Both the position numbers and the translations under genes were made by a program. A model generated the notes under the pieces. That model worked only from the letters and a program-made list of their open reading frames with translations. It was not told the origin of the DNA and did no database searches. 64,000 nt of DNA from Candidatus Aminicenantes bacterium (GTDB lineage: Bacteria > Acidobacteriota > Aminicenantia > JAMOAD01): positions 65,688-129,687 of the forward strand of contig JAMOUT010000057.1 of assembly GCA_027061995.1 (NCBI GenBank). Direction: 5' to 3'. Below, piece after piece: positions 61,878 to 64,000 of this stretch; the stretch's first letter is position 1, and each line of letters opens with the position of its first letter.

Positions 61878-63194
61878 ATGAAAAGATATAGATATTATAT
61901 GTTGATAATTTTAATGCTTATAGTGTTTTTACCGGCATGGAAAAATATGGAAAGAGATAGTTATAATGATAGATTTTCTGATAATTCCGTGATTAATTTT
62001 AAATTAAGGAGTTATATAGGGCAAACAGGAAATGAGTATTCAAAAGATAAAATTATAGTAAAGTTAGAATCAAATCTTGATTCGTATGACAGGAAAAAGA
62101 TATTTGCTGAAACAGGTTTTAAAAAGGTTGAAAAATTATTTGATGATTATTATATTTATGAAAATAATGAAAGAACCGATAATATTGAAGACATAATACG
62201 AAAGATAAGGGATATACCGGGGGTTAAAGAGGTTGAACCCGATTATATCGCTTATTTGCAAACGACTCCGCATGATCCGTATCTGAAGTATCAGTATTAT
62301 CTTGCTAATTTCGGGCAAACCCTGACAATAGACGGTAAAAATATAACCGTAAAAAAGGACTCCGATATTAAAGCAAAAGGAGCTTGGGATTATTCAAGGG
62401 GAAGTAGTGATTTAATTATAGCTGTTGTTGATTCCGGAGTTGATTATTCTCATCCTGATTTAAGGGACAAACTTTTAGAAGGATACAATTTTGTTGTTGG
62501 TAATCCCTATGCTATAGATGATAATGGGCACGGAACAGAGATGGCGGGAATTATAGGAGCGACGACGGATAATAGACTCGGTATATCCGGGATTTGTTGG
62601 GATTGTAAAATTCTACCGGTGAAAGTTCTTGATGCGGATGGAAAAGGAAGATATAGTGCAATTGCTCTTGGTATAAGATATGCTGTTGACCACGGAGCTA
62701 AGATTATAAATCTTAGTTTGGGAGGTTATAATCCCTCTTTTATACTTGAAGATGCGGTTAAATATGCTTTTAATAAAGGAGTTGCTGTTATAGCTTCAGT
62801 TGGAGATGATAAAAAGAAGAGTATTTTATATCCGGCGGCATATACTTCGTATGTTCTTGCTGTTGCAGCTTCGAATTATAGTGATCAAAGGACAACTTAT
62901 TCGAATTACGGGCCGGAAGTGTCGGTTGCCGCTCCCGGAACATATATTTTAACAACAACTCTTCAAGGAAAATATGCTTATGTAACGGGAACTTCACCTG
63001 CGACTGCAATAGTATCGGGAATTGCAGGCTTGATTTTGTCCTTGAAAAACAATATCTCTCCTTCGGATTTATATAAAGTGATTATGTATGCGGCTGATGA
63101 TGTTAATGAAAAGACATGTCCGGGGACAGATATATATTTTGGCTATGGAAGAGCTGATGCTAAAAAAGCTGTATCACCCATAGAGCTTAAATAA
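61878..63194 (+). CDS. subtilisin-like serine protease (S8) with N-terminal propeptide
   Basis: 438 aa; signal peptide; catalytic triad motifs VAVVDSGVD, HGTEMAGIIGA, GTSPATAIVSG. Confidence 0.9.
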   Translation: MKRYRYYMLIILMLIVFLPAWKNMERDSYNDRFSDNSVINFKLRSYIGQTGNEYSKDKIIVKLESNLDSYDRKKIFAETGFKKVEKLFDDYYIYENNERTDNIEDIIRKIRDIPGVKEVEPDYIAYLQTTPHDPYLKYQYYLANFGQTLTIDGKNITVKKDSDIKAKGAWDYSRGSSDLIIAVVDSGVDYSHPDLRDKLLEGYNFVVGNPYAIDDNGHGTEMAGIIGATTDNRLGISGICWDCKILPVKVLDADGKGRYSAIALGIRYAVDHGAKIINLSLGGYNPSFILEDAVKYAFNKGVAVIASVGDDKKKSILYPAAYTSYVLAVAASNYSDQRTTYSNYGPEVSVAAPGTYILTTTLQGKYAYVTGTSPATAIVSGIAGLILSLKNNISPSDLYKVIMYAADDVNEKTCPGTDIYFGYGRADAKKAVSPIELK

Positions 63195-63195
63195 A

Positions 63196-64000
63196 TTGAT
63201 AAAAAACATTAAAATCCGAAATCTTGCTATTATTGATGAATTAAACATAAATTTTGGAAAGGGGTTAAATATATTGACAGGTGAAACAGGAGCGGGAAAA
63301 TCAATTATATTGGATAGTATTAGATTTGTTGGTGGAGAAAGGGCTGATAGAACATTATTAAGAAACGGAGAAAAAAGGATGGTTGTTGAAGCTGTATTTG
63401 AATTTCAAAAAGAAATTAAAGAGCTTGAAGAATATTTTGAAGATTCGGAAGACAGAAAAGAGATAATTGTTCGAAGAGAATATTTTGAAGACGGAAGAAA
63501 TAAAATATTTATTAATAATATGAGTTTTAAACTATCGTTTTTGAGAGAATTATCAAAACGGTTTTTTAATATATACGGTCAAAATGATCATAGGTATCTC
63601 TTAAACATAGAGAATCAACTGGAATATCTTGATGAGGTTGGTAATAATGCTGAATTATTGGCTGAAACAGAGGGAATAAGTAAAAAAATAATTTCTTTGG
63701 GAAAACAGATTAAAGAACTTGAAGACAAGGAGCGAGAGAAAACTCAAAGGGAAGCATATCTTAAATATGTTATATCGGAGATAGAAGAGATAGGTTTACG
63801 GGAAGGGTTGGAAAAAGAACTTCTTGAAAAAAGAGTTGTTTTCAGAGATTCCGAATTAATATTTAATACTATTAAGAGAACCCTGCAATATCTTTATGAT
63901 GAAGATGATTCAATTTTAAATAAAATCTCGGAAATAGAAAATAATTTTGAAATACTCTCAAAATATAAAAAAGAGTGGGAAGAGTATTATGGTAAAATAA
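63196..64000 (+). CDS. recN: DNA repair protein RecN (N-terminal part; TTG start; continues past the window end)
   Basis: Translation LIKNIKIRNLAIIDELNINFGKGLNILTGETGAGKSIILDSI is the RecN N-terminus with Walker A; no stop before position 64000. It is absent from the ORF track, which lists only ORFs that begin with an ATG. Confidence 0.8.
   Translation, partial: MIKNIKIRNLAIIDELNINFGKGLNILTGETGAGKSIILDSIRFVGGERADRTLLRNGEKRMVVEAVFEFQKEIKELEEYFEDSEDRKEIIVRREYFEDGRNKIFINNMSFKLSFLRELSKRFFNIYGQNDHRYLLNIENQLEYLDEVGNNAELLAETEGISKKIISLGKQIKELEDKEREKTQREAYLKYVISEIEEIGLREGLEKELLEKRVVFRDSELIFNTIKRTLQYLYDEDDSILNKISEIENNFEILSKYKKEWEEYYGKI

Overview
This 64-kb window is chromosomal DNA from a low-GC (roughly 30% by eye), likely diderm and possibly thermophilic bacterium. 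Coding density is high, and I found no rRNA, tRNA, CRISPR array or transposase.

Recognisable housekeeping genes include rpe, uvrA, guaB, secA, ruvC, yebC, ppdK, trxB, topA, trmFO, ligA and a partial recN. There is a sugar-nucleotide and glycosyltransferase cluster (rfbB-like dehydratase, two epimerase/dehydratase genes, a GT4, a GH29 fucosidase).

Two flagellar sub-clusters are separated by about 10 kb of unrelated genes. The first, at 23.1-32.4 kb on the plus strand, is flgF-flgG-flgA-flgH-flgI-flgJ(M23)-flgM-orf106-flgN-flgK-flgL-fliW-csrA. The second, at 42.6-46.8 kb on the minus strand, is fliC-flaG-fliD-fliS-fliT, followed by yjbQ, a Maf/DUF115 putative flagellin glycosyltransferase and a small OMP. 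The flagellin 5' UTR carries a hairpin with GGA in the loop plus a GGA-rich SD, the expected targets for the FliW-CsrA partner switch encoded nearby.

The most unusual locus is at 54.9-57.8 kb. An operon encodes a response-regulator receiver fused, via a poly-Asn linker, to a domain I read as Roadblock/LC7 (MglB-like). It also encodes a standalone paralog of that domain and a 61-aa protein. The operon is flanked by two diverged paralogous small secreted proteins that carry a DxNxDGxxD calcium-loop motif, one of them internally deleted.

Other oddities: RuvC apparently initiates at AUU with its SD buried in the yebC 3' end; a 50-bp tandem repeat sits upstream of a near-consensus sigma-70 promoter; there is a large HDOD-histidine kinase-receiver hybrid; a 106-aa hyper-charged ORF is inserted between flgM and flgN.

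All functional calls come from reading motifs in the translated ORFs; no database search was possible.
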